DNA from: Eledone cirrhosa
Lineage: Eukaryota
Direction: 5' to 3'
DNA: 64,000 bases
Assembly (NCBI GenBank): GCA_964016885.1
Contig: OZ024742.1
Location: forward strand, 158,472,001 to 158,536,000
Below are positions 30,701 through 46,600 of the stretch, in pieces. The stretch's first letter is position 1, and each line of letters begins with the position of its first letter. A program made the translations under genes and the position numbers. The notes under the pieces are model-generated. The model saw only the letters and a program-made list of their open reading frames with translations. It did not search any database and was not told where the DNA came from.

Positions 30701-33700
30701 GCAACAAATATAACAGCAATAATAGCTGCAGGAACAGCAACGATAGCAACTGTAGCTGCAGTAACAAATATGACAGCAATAGTAACTGCAGCAACAACAA
30801 CGATAGCAACAGTAGCTGCAGCAACAAATATAACAACAATAGTACCTGCAGCAACAACAACGATAGCAACAGTAGCTGCAGCAACAAATATGACAGCAAT
30901 AGAAACTGCAGCAACAACAACGATAGCAACAGTAGCTGCAGCAAAAAATATAACAGCAATAGTAACTGCAGGAACAACAACGATAGCAACTGTAGCTGCA
31001 GCAACATATATGACAGCAATAGTAACTGCAGCAACAACAACGATAGCAACAGTAGCTGCAGCAACAAATATGACACCAATAGTAACTGCAGCAACAACAA
31101 CGATAGCAACAGTAGCTGCAGCAACAAATATGACAGCAATAGTTACTGCAGCAACAACAACAATAGCAACAGTAGCTGCAGCAACAAATATAACAGCAAT
31201 AAAAACTGCAGGAACAGTAACGATAGCAACAGTAGCTGCAGCAACAAATATAACAGCAATAGTAACTGCAGGAACAACAACGATAGCAACTGTAGCTGCA
31301 GCAACATATATGACAGCAATAGTAACTGCAGCAACAACAACGATAGCAACAGTAGCTGCAGCAACAAATATGACAGCAATAGTAACTGCAGCAACAACAA
31401 CGATAGCAACAGTAGCTACAGCAACAAATATAACAGCAATAGTAACTGCAGCAACAACAACGATAGCAACTGTAGCTGCAGCAACAAATATGCCAGCAAT
31501 AGTAACTGCAGCAACAACAACGATAGCAACAGTAGCTGCAGCAACAAATATGACACCAATAGTAACTGCAGCAACAACAACGATAGCAACAGTAGCTGCA
31601 GCAACAAATATGACAGCAATAGTTACTGCAGCAACAACAACAATAGCAACAGTAGCTGCAGCAACAAATATAACAGCAATAATAACTGCAGGAACAGCAA
31701 CGATAGCAACAGTAGCTGCAGCAACAAATATAACGGCAATAGTAACTGCAGCAACAACAACGATAGCAACAGTAGCTGCAGCAACAAATATAACAGCAAT
31801 AGTAACTGCAGGAACAGCAACAATAGCAACAGTAGCTGCAGCAACAAATATAACAGCAATAGTAACTGCAGCAACAGCAACGATAGCAACTGTAGCTGCA
31901 GCAACAAATATGACAGCAATAGTAACTGCAGCAACAACAACGATAGCAACTGTAGCTGCAGCAACAATTATAACAGCAATAGTAACTGCAGCAACAACAA
32001 CGATAGCAACTGTAGCTGCAGCAACAAATATAACAGCAATAGTAACTGCAGCAACAACAACGATAGCAACAGTAGCTGCAGCAACAAATATAACAGCAAT
32101 AGTAACTGCAGCAACAACAACGATAGCAACAGTAGCTGCAGCAACAAATATAACAGCAATAGTAACTGCAGGAACAGCAACAATACAACTGTAGCTGCAG
32201 CAACAAATATGACAGCAATAGTAACTGCAGGAACAGCAACGATATCAACTGTAGCTGCAGCAACAAATATAACAGCAATAATAACTGCAGGAACTGCAAC
32301 GATAGCAACTGTAGCTGCAGCAACAAATATAACAGCAATAGTAACTGCAGGAACAGCAACGATAGCAACTGTAGCTGCAGCAACATATATAACAGCAATA
32401 GTAACTGCAGGAACAGCAAAGATAGCAACTGTAGCTGCAGCAACAAATATGACAGCAATAGTAACTGCAGCAACAACAACGATAGCAACTGTAGCTGCAG
32501 CAACAAATATTACAGCAATAGTAACTGCAGGAACAGCAACGATAGCAATAGTAGCTGCAACAATAAATATGACAGTAATAGTAACTGCAGCAACAACAAG
32601 GATAGCAACTGTAGCTGCAGCAACAAATATAACAGCAATAGTAACTGCAGGAACAGCAACAATAGCAACTGTAGCTGCAGCAACAAATATGACAGCAATA
32701 GTAACTGCAGGAACAGCAACGATATCAACTGTAGCTGCAGCAACAAATATAACAGCAATAATAACTGCAGGAACAGCAACGATAGCAACTGTAGCTGCAG
32801 CAACAAATATGACAGCAATAGTAACTGCAGCAACAACAACGATAGCAACAGTAGCTGCAGCAACAAATATAACAACAATAGTACCTGCAGCAACAACAAC
32901 AATAGCAACAGTAGCTGCAGCAACAAATATAACAGCAATAGTAACTGCAGCAACAGCAACGATAGCAACTGTAGCTGCAGCAACAAATATGGCAGCAATA
33001 GTAACTGCAGCAACAACAACGATAGCAACTGTAGCTGCAGCAACAATTATAACAGCAATAGTAACTGCAGCAACAACAACGATAGCAACTGTAGCTGCAG
33101 CAACAATAATATACAGCAATAGTAACTGCAGCAACAACAACGATAGCAACAGTAGCTGCAGCAACAAATATAACAGCAATAGTAACTGCAGGAACAGCAA
33201 CAATAGCAACTGTAGCTGCAGCAACACATATGACAGCAATAGTAACTGCAGGAACAGCAACGATATCAACTGTAGCTGCAGCAACAAATATAACAGCAAT
33301 AATAGCTGCAGGAACAGCAACGATAGCAACTGTAGCTGCAGCAACAAATATGACAGCAATAGTAACTGCAGCAACAACAACGATAGCAACAGTAGCTGCA
33401 GCAACAAATATAACAACAATAGTACCTGCAGCAACAACAACGATAGCAACAGTAGCTGCAGCAACAAATATGACAGCAATAGAAACTGCAGCAACAACAA
33501 CGATAGCAACAGTAGCTGCAGCAAAAAATATAACAGCAATAGTAACTGCAGGAACAACAACGATAGCAACTGTAGCTGCAGCAACATATATGACAGCAAT
33601 AGTAACTGCAGCAACAACAACGATAGCAACAGTAGCTGCAGCAACAAATATGACACCAATAGTAACTGCAGCAACAACAACGATAGCAACAGTAGCTGCA

Positions 33701-36700
33701 GCAACAAATATGACAGCAATAGTTACTGCAGCAACAACAACAATAGCAACAGTAGCTGCAGCAACAAATATAACAGCAATAAAAACTGCAGGAACAGTAA
33801 CGATAGCAACAGTAGCTGCAGCAACAAATATAACAGCAATAGTAACTGCAGGAACAACAACGATAGCAACTGTAGCTGCAGCAACATATATGACAGCAAT
33901 AGTAACTGCAGCAACAACAACGATAGCAACAGTAGCTGCAGCAACAAATATGACAGCAATAGTAACTGCAGCAACAACAACGATAGCAACAGTAGCTACA
34001 GCAACAAATATAACAGCAATAGTAACTGCAGCAACAACAACGATAGCAACTGTAGCTGCAGCAACAAATATGCCAGCAATAGTAACTGCAGCAACAACAA
34101 CGATAGCAACAGTAGCTGCAGCAACAAATATGACACCAATAGTAACTGCAGCAACAACAACGATAGCAACAGTAGCTGCAGCAACAAATATGACAGCAAT
34201 AGTTACTGCAGCAACAACAACAATAGCAACAGTAGCTGCAGCAACAAATATAACAGCAATAATAACTGCAGGAACAGCAACGATAGCAACAGTAGCTGCA
34301 GCAACAAATATAACGGCAATAGTAACTGCAGCAACAACAACGATAGCAACAGTAGCTGCAGCAACAAATATAACAGCAATAGTAACTGCAGGAACAGCAA
34401 CAATAGCAACAGTAGCTGCAGCAACAAATATAACAGCAATAGTAACTGCAGCAACAGCAACGATAGCAACTGTAGCTGCAGCAACAAATATGACAGCAAT
34501 AGTAACTGCAGCAACAACAACGATAGCAACTGTAGCTGCAGCAACAATTATAACAGCAATAGTAACTGCAGCAACAACAACGATAGCAACTGTAGCTGCA
34601 GCAACAAATATAACAGCAATAGTAACTGCAGCAACAACAACGATAGCAACAGTAGCTGCAGCAACAAATATAACAGCAATAGTAACTGCAGCAACAACAA
34701 CGATAGCAACAGTAGCTGCAGCAACAAATATAACAGCAATAGTAACTGCAGGAACAGCAACAATACAACTGTAGCTGCAGCAACAAATATGACAGCAATA
34801 GTAACTGCAGGAACAGCAACGATATCAACTGTAGCTGCAGCAACAAATATAACAGCAATAATAACTGCAGGAACTGCAACGATAGCAACTGTAGCTGCAG
34901 CAACAAATATAACAGCAATAGTAACTGCAGGAACAGCAACGATAGCAACTGTAGCTGCAGCAACATATATAACAGCAATAGTAACTGCAGGAACAGCAAA
35001 GATAGCAACTGTAGCTGCAGCAACAAATATGACAGCAATAGTAACTGCAGCAACAACAACGATAGCAACTGTAGCTGCAGCAACAAATATTACAGCAATA
35101 GTAACTGCAGGAACAGCAACGATAGCAATAGTAGCTGCAACAATAAATATGACAGTAATAGTAACTGCAGCAACAACAAGGATAGCAACTGTAGCTGCAG
35201 CAACAAATATAACAGCAATTGTAACTGCAGGAACAGCAACAATAGCAACTGTAGCTGCAGCAACAAATATGACAGCAATAGTAACTGCAGGAACAGCAAC
35301 GATATCAACTGTAGCTGCAGCAACAAATATAACAGCAATAATAACTGCAGGAACAGCAACGATAGCAACTGTAGCTGCAGCAACAAATATGACAGCAATA
35401 GTAACTGCAGCAACAACAACGATAGCAACAGTAGCTGCAGCAACAAATATAACAACAATAGTACCTGCAGCAACAACAACAATAGCAACAGTAGCTGCAG
35501 CAACAAATATGACAGCAATAGAAACTGCAGCAACAACAACGATAGCAACAGTAGCTGCAGCAAAAAATATAACAGCAATAGTAACGGCAGGAACAACAAC
35601 GATAGCAACTGTAGCTGCAGCAACATATATGACAGCAATAGTAACTGCAGCAACAACAACGATAGCAACAGTAGCTGCAGCAACAAATATGACAGCAATA
35701 GTAACTGCAGCAACAACAACGATAGCAACAGTAGCTGCAGCAACAAATATAGCCAGCAATAGTAACTGCAGCAACAACAACGATAGCAACTGTAGCTGCA
35801 GCAACAAATATGACAGCAATAGTAACTGCAGCAACAACAACGATAGCAACAGTAGCTGCAGCAACAAATATGACACCAATAGTAACTGCAGCAACAACAA
35901 CGATAGCAACAGTAGCTGCAGCAACAAATATGACAGCAATAGTTACTGCAGCAACAACAACAATAGCAACAGTAGCTGCAGCAACAAATATAACAGCAAT
36001 GAAAACTGCAGGAACAGCAACGATAGCAACAGTAGCTGCAGCAACAAATATAACAGCAATAGTAACTGCAGCAACAACAACGATAGCAACAGTAGCTGCA
36101 GCAACAAATATAACAGCAATAGTAACTGCAGGAACAGCAACAATAGCAACAGTAGCTGCAGCAACAAATATAACAGCAATAGTAACTGCAGCAACAGCAA
36201 CGATAGCAACTGTAGCTGCAGCAACAAATATGGCAGCAATAGTAACTGCAGCAACAACAACGATAGCAACTGTAGCTGCAGCAACAATTATAACTGCAAT
36301 AGTAACTGCAGCAACAACAACGATAGCAACTGTAGCTGCAGCAACAAATATAACAGCAATAGTAACTGCAGCAACAACAACGATAGCAACAGTAGCTGCA
36401 GCAACAAATATAACAGCAATAGTAACTGCATGAACAGCAACAATAGCAACTGTAGCTGCAGCAACAAATATGACAGCAATAGTAACTGCAGGAACAGCAA
36501 CGATATCAACTGTAGCTGCAGCAACAAATATAACAGCAATAATAGCTGCAGGAACAGCAACGATAGCAACTGTAGCTGCAGCAACAAATATGACAGCAAT
36601 AGTAACTGCAGCAACAACAACTATAGCAACAGTAGCTGCAGCAACAAATATAACAACAATAGTACCTGCAGCAACAACAACGATAGCAACAGTAGCTGCA

Positions 36701-39700
36701 GCAACAAATATGACAGCAATAGAAACTGCAGCAACAACAACGATAGCAACAGTAGCTGCAGCAAAAAATATAACAGCAATAGTAACTGCAGGAACAACAA
36801 CGATAGCAACTGTAGCTGCAGCAACATATATGACAGCAATAGTAACTGCAGGAACAAAAACGATAGCAACTGTAGCTGCAGCAACATATATGACAGCAAT
36901 AGTAACTGCAGCAACAACAACGATAGCAACAGTAGCTGCAGCAACAAATATGACAGCAATAGTAACTGCAGCAACAACAACGATAGCAACAGTAGCTGCA
37001 GCAACAAATATAACAGCAATATTAACTGCAGCAACAACAACGATAGCAACTGTAGCTGCAGCAACAAATATGACAGCAATAGTAACTGCAGGAACAGCAA
37101 CGATATCAACTGTAGCTGCAGCAACAAATATAACAGCAATAATAGCTGCAGGAACAGCAACGATAGCAACTGTAGCTGCAGCAACAAATATGACAGCAAT
37201 AGTAACTGCAGCAACAACAACGATAGCAACAGTAGCTGCAACAACAAATATAACAACAATAGTACCTGCAGCAACAACAACGATAGCAACAGTAGCTGCA
37301 GCAACAAATATGACAGCAATAGAAACTGCAGCAACAAAAACGATAGCAACAGTAGCTGCAGCAAAAAATATAACAGCAATAGTAACTGCAGGAACAACAA
37401 CGATAGCAACTGTAGCTGCAGCAACATATATGACAGCAATAGTAACTGCAGCAACAACAACGATAGCAACAGTAGCTGCAGCAACAAATATGACAGCAAT
37501 AGTAACTGCAGCAACAACAACGATAGCAACAGTAGCTGCAGCAACAAATATAACAGCAATAGTAACTGTAGCAACAACAACGATAGCAACTGTAGCTGCA
37601 GCAACAAATATGACATCAATAGTAACTGCAGCAACAACAACGATAGCAACAGTAGCTGCAGCAACAAATATGACACCAATAGTAACTGCAGCAACAACAA
37701 CGATAGCAACAGTAGCTGCAGCAACAAATATGACAGCAATAGTTACTGCAGCAACAACAACAATAGCAACAGTAGCTGCAGCAACAAATATAACAGCAAT
37801 AAAAACTGCAGGAACAGCAACGATAGCAACAGTAGCTGCAGCAACAAATATAACAGCAATAGTAACTGCAGCAACAACAACGATAGCAACATTAGCTGCA
37901 GCAACAAATATAACAGCAATAGTAACTGCAGGAACAGCAACAATAGCAACAGTAGCTGCAGCAACAAATATAACAGCAATAGTAACTGCAGGAACAGCAA
38001 CGATAGCAACTGTAGCTGCAGCAACAAATATGACAGCAATAGTAACTGCAGCAACAACAACGATAGCAACTGTAGCTGCAGCAACAATTATAACAGCAAT
38101 AGTAACTGCAGCAACAACAACGATAGCAACTGTAGCTGCAGCAACAAATATAACAGCAATAGTAACTGCAGCAACAACAACGATAGCAACAGTAGCTGCA
38201 GCAACAAATATAACAGCAATAGTAACTGCAGGAACAGCAACAATAGCAACAGTAGCTGCAGCAACAAATATAACAGCAATAGTAACTGCAGCAACAGCAA
38301 CGATAGCAACTGTAGCTGCAGCAACAAATATGGCAGCAATAGTAACTGCAGCAACAACAACGATAGCAACTGTAGCTGCAGCAACAATTATAACAGCAAT
38401 AGTAACTGCATCAACAACAACGATAGCAACTGTAGCTGCAGCAACAAAAATATACAGCAATAGTAACTGCAGCAACAACAACGATAGCAACAGTAGCTGC
38501 AGCAACAAATATAACAGCAATAGTAACTGCAGGAACAGCAACAATAGCAACTGTAGCTGCAGCAACACATATGACAGCAATAGTAACTGCAGGAACAGCA
38601 ACGATATCAACTGTAGCTGCAGCAACAAATATAACAGCAATAATAGCTGCAGGAACAGCAACGATAGCAACTGTAGCTGCAGCAACAAATATGACAGCAA
38701 TAGTAACTGCAGCAACAACAACGATAGCAACAGTAGCTGCAGCAACAAATATGACAACAATAGTACCTGCAGCAACAACAACGATAGCAACAGTAGCTGC
38801 AGCAACAAATATGACAGCAATAGAAACTGCAGCAACAACAACGATAGCAACAGTAGCTGCAGCAAAAAATATAACAGCAATAGTAACTGCAGGAACAACA
38901 ACGATAGCAACTGTAGCTGCAGCAACATATATGACAGCAATAGTAACTGCAGCAACAACAACGATAGCAACAGTAGCTGCAGCAACAAATATGACACCAA
39001 TAGTAACTGCAGCAACAACAACGATAGCAACAGTAGCTGCAGCAACAAATATGACAGCAATAGTTACTGCAGCAACAACAACAATAGCAACAGTAGCTGC
39101 AGCAACAAATATAACAGCAATAAAAACTGCAGGAACAGCAACGATAGCAACAGTAGCTGCAGCAACAAATATAACAGCAATAGTAACTGCAGGAACAACA
39201 ACGATAGCAACTGTAGCTGCAGCAACATATATGACAGCAATAGTAACTGCAGCAACAACAACGATAGCAACAGTAGCTGCAGCAACAAATATGACAGCAA
39301 TAGTAACTGCAGCAACAACAACGATAGCAACAGTAGCTGCAGCAACAAATATAACAGCAATAGTAACTGCAGCAACAACAACGATAGCAACTGTAGCTGC
39401 AGCAACAAATATGCCAGCAATAGTAACTGCAGCAACAACAACGATAGCAACAGTAGCTGCAGCAACAAATATGACACCAATAGTAACTGCAGCAACAACA
39501 ACGATAGCAACAGTAGCTGCAGCAACAAATATGACAGCAATAGTTACTGCAGCAACAACAACAATAGCAACAGTAGCTGCAGCAACAAATATAACAGCAA
39601 TAATAACTGCAGGAACAGCAACAATAGCAACAGTAGCTGCAGCAACAAATATAACGGCAATAGTAACTGCAGCAACAACAACGATAGCAACAGTAGCTGC

Positions 39701-40669
39701 AGCAACAAATATAACAGCAATAGTAACTGCAGGAACAGCAACAATAGCAACAGTAGCTGCAGCAACAAATATAACAGCAATAGTAACTGCAGCAACAGCA
39801 ACGATAGCAACTGTAGCTGCAGCAACAAATATGACAGCAATAGTAACTGCAGCAACAACAACGATAGCAACTGTAGCTGCAGCAACAATTATAACAGCAA
39901 TAGTAACTGCAGCAACAACAACGATAGCAACTGTAGCTGCAGCAACAAATATAACAGCAATAGTAACTGCAGCAACAACAACGATAGCAACAGTAGCTGC
40001 AGCAACAAATATAACAGCAATAGTAACTGCAGCAACAACAACGATAGCAACAGTAGCTGCAGCAACAAATATAACAGCAATAGTAACTGCAGGAACAGCA
40101 ACAATACAACTGTAGCTGCAGCAACAAATATGACAGCAATAGTAACTGCAGGAACAGCAACGATATCAACTGTAGCTGCAGCAACAAATATAACAGCAAT
40201 AATAACTGCAGGAACTGCAACGATAGCAACTGTAGCTGCAGCAACAAATATAACAGCAATAGTAACTGCAGGAACAGCAACGATAGCAACTGTAGCTGCA
40301 GCAACATATATAACAGCAATAGTAACTGCAGGAACAGCAAAGATAGCAACTGTAGCTGCAGAAACAAATATGACAGCAATAGTAACTGCAGCAACAACAA
40401 CGATAGCAACTGTAGCTGCAGCAACAAATATTACAGCAATAGTAACTGCAGGAACAGCAACGATAGCAATAGTAGCTGCAACAATAAATATGACAGTAAT
40501 AGTAACTGCAGCAACAACAACGATAGCAACTGTAGCTGCAGCAACAAATATAACAGCAATAGTAACTGCAGCAACAACAACGATAGCAACAGTAGCTGCA
40601 GCAACAAATATAACAGCAATAGTAACTGCATGAACAGCAACAATAGCAACTGTAGCTGCAGCAACAAAT

Positions 40670-43600
40670 ATGACAGCAATAGTAACTGCAGGAACAGCAA
40701 CGATATCAACTGTAGCTGCAGCAACAAATATAACAGCAATAATAGCTGCAGGAACAGCAACGATAGCAACTGTAGCTGCAGCAACAAATATGACAGCAAT
40801 AGTAACTGCAGCAACAACAACGATAGCAACAGTAGCTGCAGCAACAAATATAACAACAATAGTACCTGCAGCAACAACAACGATAGCAACAGTAGCTGCA
40901 GCAACAAATATGACAGCAATAGAAACTGCAGCAACAACAACGATAGCAACTGTAGCTGCAGCAACATATATGACAGCAATAGTAACTGCAGGAACAAAAA
41001 CGATAGCAACTGTAGCTGCAGCAACATATATGACAGCAATAGTAACTGCAGCAACAACAACGATAGCAACAGTAGCTACAGCAACAAATATGACAGCAAT
41101 AGTAACTGCAGCAACAACAACGATAGCAACAGTAGCTGCAGCAACAAATATAACAGCAATATTAACTGCAGCAACAACAACGATAGCAACTGTAGCTGCA
41201 GCAACAAATATGACAGCAATAGTAACTGCAGGAACAGCAACGATATCAACTGTAGCTGCAGCAACAAATATGACAGCAATAGTTACTGCAGCAACAACAA
41301 CAATAGCAACAGTAGCTGCAGCAACAAATATAACAGCAATAAAAACTGCAGGAACAGCAACGATAGCAACTGTAGCTGCAGCAACAAATATGACAGCAAT
41401 AGTAACTGCAGCAACAACAACGATAGCAACTGTAGCTGCAGCAACATATATGACAGCAATAGTAACTGCAGGAACAAAAACGATAGCAACTGTAGCTGCA
41501 GCAACATATATGACAGCAATAGTAACTGCAGCAACAACAACGATAGCAACAGTAGCTACAGCAACAAATATGACAGCAATAGTAACTGCAGCAACAACAA
41601 CGATAGCAACAGTAGCTGCAGCAACAAATATAACAGTAATATTAACTGCAGCAACAACAACGATAGCAACTGTAGCTGCAGCAACAAATATGACAGCAAT
41701 AGTAACTGCAGGAACAGCAACGATATCAACTGTAGCTGCAGCAACAAATATGACAGCAATAGTTACTGCAGCAACAACAACAATAGCAACAGTAGCTGCA
41801 GCAACAAATATAACAGCAATAAAAACTGCAGGAACAGCAACGATAGCAACAGTAGCTGCAGCAACAAATATAACAGCAATAGTAACTGCAGCAACAACAA
41901 CGATAGCAACATTAGCTGCAGCAACAAATATAACAGCAATAGTAACTGCAGGAACAGCAACAATAGCAACAGTAGCTGCAGCAACAAATATAACAGCAAT
42001 AGTAACTGCAGCAACAGCAACGATAGCAACTGTAGCTGCAGCAACAAATATGACAGCAATAGTAACTGCAGCAACAACAACGATAGCAACTGTAGCTGCA
42101 GCAACAATTATAACAGCAATAGTAACTGCAGCAACAACAACGATAGCAACTGTAGCTGCAGCAACAAATATAACAGCAATAGTAACTGCAGCAACAACAA
42201 CGATAGCAACAGTAGCTGCATCAACAAATATAACAGCAATAGTAACTGCAGCAACAACAACGATAGCAACAGTAGCTGCAGCAACAAATATAACAGCAAT
42301 AGTAACTGCAGGAACAGCAACAATAGCAACTGTAGCTGCAGCAACAAATATGACAGCAATAGTAACTGCAGGAACAGCAACGATATCAACTGTAGCTGCA
42401 GCAACAAATATAACAGCAATAATAACTGCAGGAACAGCAACGATAGCAACTGTAGCTGCAGCAACATATATAACAGCAATAGTAACTGCAGGAACAGCAA
42501 CGATAGCAACTGTAGCTGCAGCAACAAATATAACAGCAAGAGTAACTGCAGCAACAACAACGATAGCAACTGTAGCTGCAGCAACAAATATGACAGCAAT
42601 AGTAACTGCAGGAACAGCAACGATAGCAACAGTAGCTGCAACAACAAATATGACAGTAATAGTAACTGCAGCAACAACAACGATAGCAACTGTAGCTGCA
42701 GCAACAAATATGACAGCAATAGTAACTGCAGCAACAACAACGATAGCAACTGTAGCTGCAGCAACAAATATGACAGCAATAGTAACTGCAGCAACAACAA
42801 CGATAGCAACAGTAGCTGCAGCAACAAATATGACACCAATAGTAACTGCAGCAACAACAACGATAGCAACAGTAGCTGCAGCAACAAATATAACAGCAAT
42901 AGTAACTGCAGGAACAACAACGATAGCAACTGTAGCTGCAGCAACATATATGACAGCAATAGTAACTGCAGCAACAACAACGATAGCAACAGTAGCTGCA
43001 GCAACAAATATGACAGCAATAGTAACTGCAGCAACAACAACGATAGCAACAGTAGCTGCAGCAACAAATATAACAGCAATATTAACTGCAGCAACAACAC
43101 CGATAGCAACTGTAGCTGCAGCAACAAATATGACAGCAATAGTAACTGCAGGAACAGCAACTATATCAACTGTAGCTGCAGCAACAAATATAACAGCAAT
43201 AATAGCTGCAGGAACAGCAACGATAGCAACTGTAGCTGCAGCAACAAATATGACAGCAATAGTAACTGCAGCAACAACAACGATAGCAACAGTAGCTGCA
43301 GCAACAAATATAACAACAATAGTACCTGCAGCAACAACAACGATAGCAACAGTAGCTGCAGCAACAAATATGACAGCAATAGAAACTGCAGCAACAAAAA
43401 CGATAGCAACAGTAGCTGCAGCAAAAAATATAACAGCAATAGTAACTGCAGGAACAACAACGATAGCAACTGTAGCTGCAGCAACATATATGACAGCAAT
43501 AGTAACTGCAGCAACAACAACGATAGCAACAGTAGCTGCAATAACAAATATGACAGCAATAGTAACTGCAGCAACAACAACGATAGCAACAGTAGCTGCA

Positions 43601-46600
43601 GCAACAAATATAACAGCAATAGTAACTGCAGCAACAACAACGATAGCAACTGTAGCTGCAGCAACAAATATGACAGCAATAGTAACTGCAGCAACAACAA
43701 CGATAGCAACAGTAGCTGCAGCAACAAATATGACACCAATAGTAACTGCAGCAACAACAACGATAGCAACAGTAGCTGAAGCAACAAATATGACAGCAAT
43801 AGTTACTGCAGCAACAACAACAATAGCAACAGTAGCTGCAGCAACAAATATAACAGCAATAAAAACTGCAGGAACAGCAACGATAGCAACAGTAGCTGCA
43901 GCAACAAATATAACAGCAATAGTAACTGCAGCAACAACAACGATAGCAACATTAGCTGCAGCAACAAATATAACAGCAATAGTAACTGCAGGAACAGCAA
44001 CAATAGCAACAGTAGCTGCAGCAACAAATATAACAGCAATAGTAACTTCAGCAACAGCAACGATAGCAACTGTAGCTGCAGCAACAAATATGACAGCAAT
44101 AGTAACTGCAGCAACAACAACGATAGCAACTGTAGCTGCAGCAACAATTATAACGGCAATAGTAACTGCAGCAACAACAACGATAGCAACTGTAGCTGCA
44201 GCAACACATATAACAGCAATAGTAACTGCAGCAACAACAACGATAGCAACAGTAGCTGCAGCAACAAATATAACAGCAATAGTAACTGCAGCAACAACAA
44301 CGATAGCAACAGTAGCTGCAGCAACAAATATAACAGCAATAGTAACTGCAGGAACAGCAACAATAGCAACTGTAGCTGCAGTAACAAATATGACAGCAAT
44401 AGTAACTGCAGGAACAGCAACGATATCAACTGTAGCTGCAGCAACAAATATAACAGCAATAATAACTGCAGGAACAGCAACGATAGCAACTGTAGCTGCA
44501 GCAACATATATAACAGCAATAGTAACTGCAGGAACAGCAACGATAGCAACTGTAGCTGCAGCAACAAATATGACAGCAAGAGTAACTGCAGCAACAACAA
44601 CGATAGCAACTGTAGCTGCAGTAACAAATATGACAGCAATAGTAACTGCAGGAACAGCAACGATAGCAACAGTAGCTGCAACAACAAATATGACAGTAAT
44701 AGTAACTGCAGCAACAACAACGATAGCAACTGTAGCTGCAGCAACAAATATGACAGCAATAGTAACTGCAGCAACAACAACGATAGCAACTGTAGCTGCA
44801 GCAACAAATATGACAGCAATAGTAACTGCAGCAACTACAACGATAGCAACAGTAGCTGCAGCAACAAATATGACAGCATTAATATCTGCAGGAACAGCAA
44901 CGATAGCAACAGTAGCTGCAGCAACAAATATGACAGCAATAGTAACTGCAGGAACAACAACGATAGCAACAGTAGCTGCAGCAACAAATATAACAGCAAT
45001 AGTAACTGCAGCAACAACAACGATGGCAACTGTAGCTGCAGCAACAAATATAACAGCAATAGTAACTGCAGCAACAACAACGATAGCAACAGTAGCTGCA
45101 GCAACAAATATGACAGCAATAGTAACTGCAGCAACAACAACGATGGCAACAGTAGCTGCAACAACAAATATGACAGCAATAGTAACTGCGGCAAAAACAA
45201 CGATGGCAACAGTAGCTGCAGCAACAAATATAACAGCAATAGTAACTGCAGCAACAACAACGATAGCAACAGTAGCTGCAGCAACAAATATAACAGCAAT
45301 AGTAACTGCAGGAACAGCAGCAATAGCAACTGTAGCTGCAGCAACAAATATAACAGCAATAGTAACTGCAGGAACAGCAACGATAGCAACTGTAGCTGCA
45401 GCAACATATATAACAGCAATAGTAACTGCAGGAACAGCAACGATAGCAACTGTAGCTGCAGCAACAAATATGACAGCAAAAGTAACTGCAGCAACTACAA
45501 CGATAGCAACAGTAGCTGCAGCAACAAATATGACAGCATTAATATCTGCAGGAACAACAACGATAGCAACAGTAGCTGCAGCAACAAATATAACAGCAAT
45601 AGTAACTGCAGGAACAGCAACAATAGCAACTGTAGCTGCAGCAACAAATATGACAGCAATAGTAACTGCAGGAACAGCAACGATATCAACTGTAGCTGCA
45701 GCAACAAATATAACAGCAATAATAACTGCAGGAACAGCAACGATAGCAACTGTAGCTGCAGCAACAAATATGACAGCAATAGTAACTGCAGCAACAACAA
45801 CGATAGCAACAGTAGCTGCAGCAACAAATATAACAACAATAGTACCTGCAGCAACAACAACAACAATAGCAACAGTAGCTGCAGCAACAAATATGACAGC
45901 AATAGAAACTGCAGCAACAACAACGATAGCAACAGTAGCTGCAGCAAAAAATATAACAGCAATAGTAACTGCAGGAACAACAACGATAGCAACTGTAGCT
46001 GCAGCAACATATATGACAGCAATAGTAACTGCAGCAACAACAACGATAGCAGCAGTAGCTGCAGCAACAAATATGACAGCAATAGTAACTGCAGCAACAA
46101 CAACGATAGCAACAGTAGCTGCAGCAACAAATATAGCCAGCAATAGTAACTGCAGCAACAACAACGATAGCAACTGTAGCTGCAGCAACAAATATGACGG
46201 CAATAGTAACTGCAGCAACAACAACGATAGCAACAGTAGCTGCAGCAACAAATATGACAGCAATAGTTACTGCAGCAACAACAACAATAGCAACAGTAGC
46301 TGCAGCAACAAATATAACAGCAATAAAAACTGCAGGAACAGCAACGATAGCAACAGTAGCTGCAGCAACAAATATAACAGCAATAGTAACTGCAGCAACA
46401 ACAAGGATAGCAACAGTAGCTGCAGCAACAAATATAACAGCAATAGTAACTGCAGGAACAGCAACAATAGCAACAGTAGCTGCAGCAACAAATATAACAG
46501 CAATAGTAACTGCAGCAACAGCAACGATAGCAACTGTAGCTGCAGCAACAAATATGGCAGCAATAGAAACTGCAGCAACAACAACGATAGCAACTGTAGC

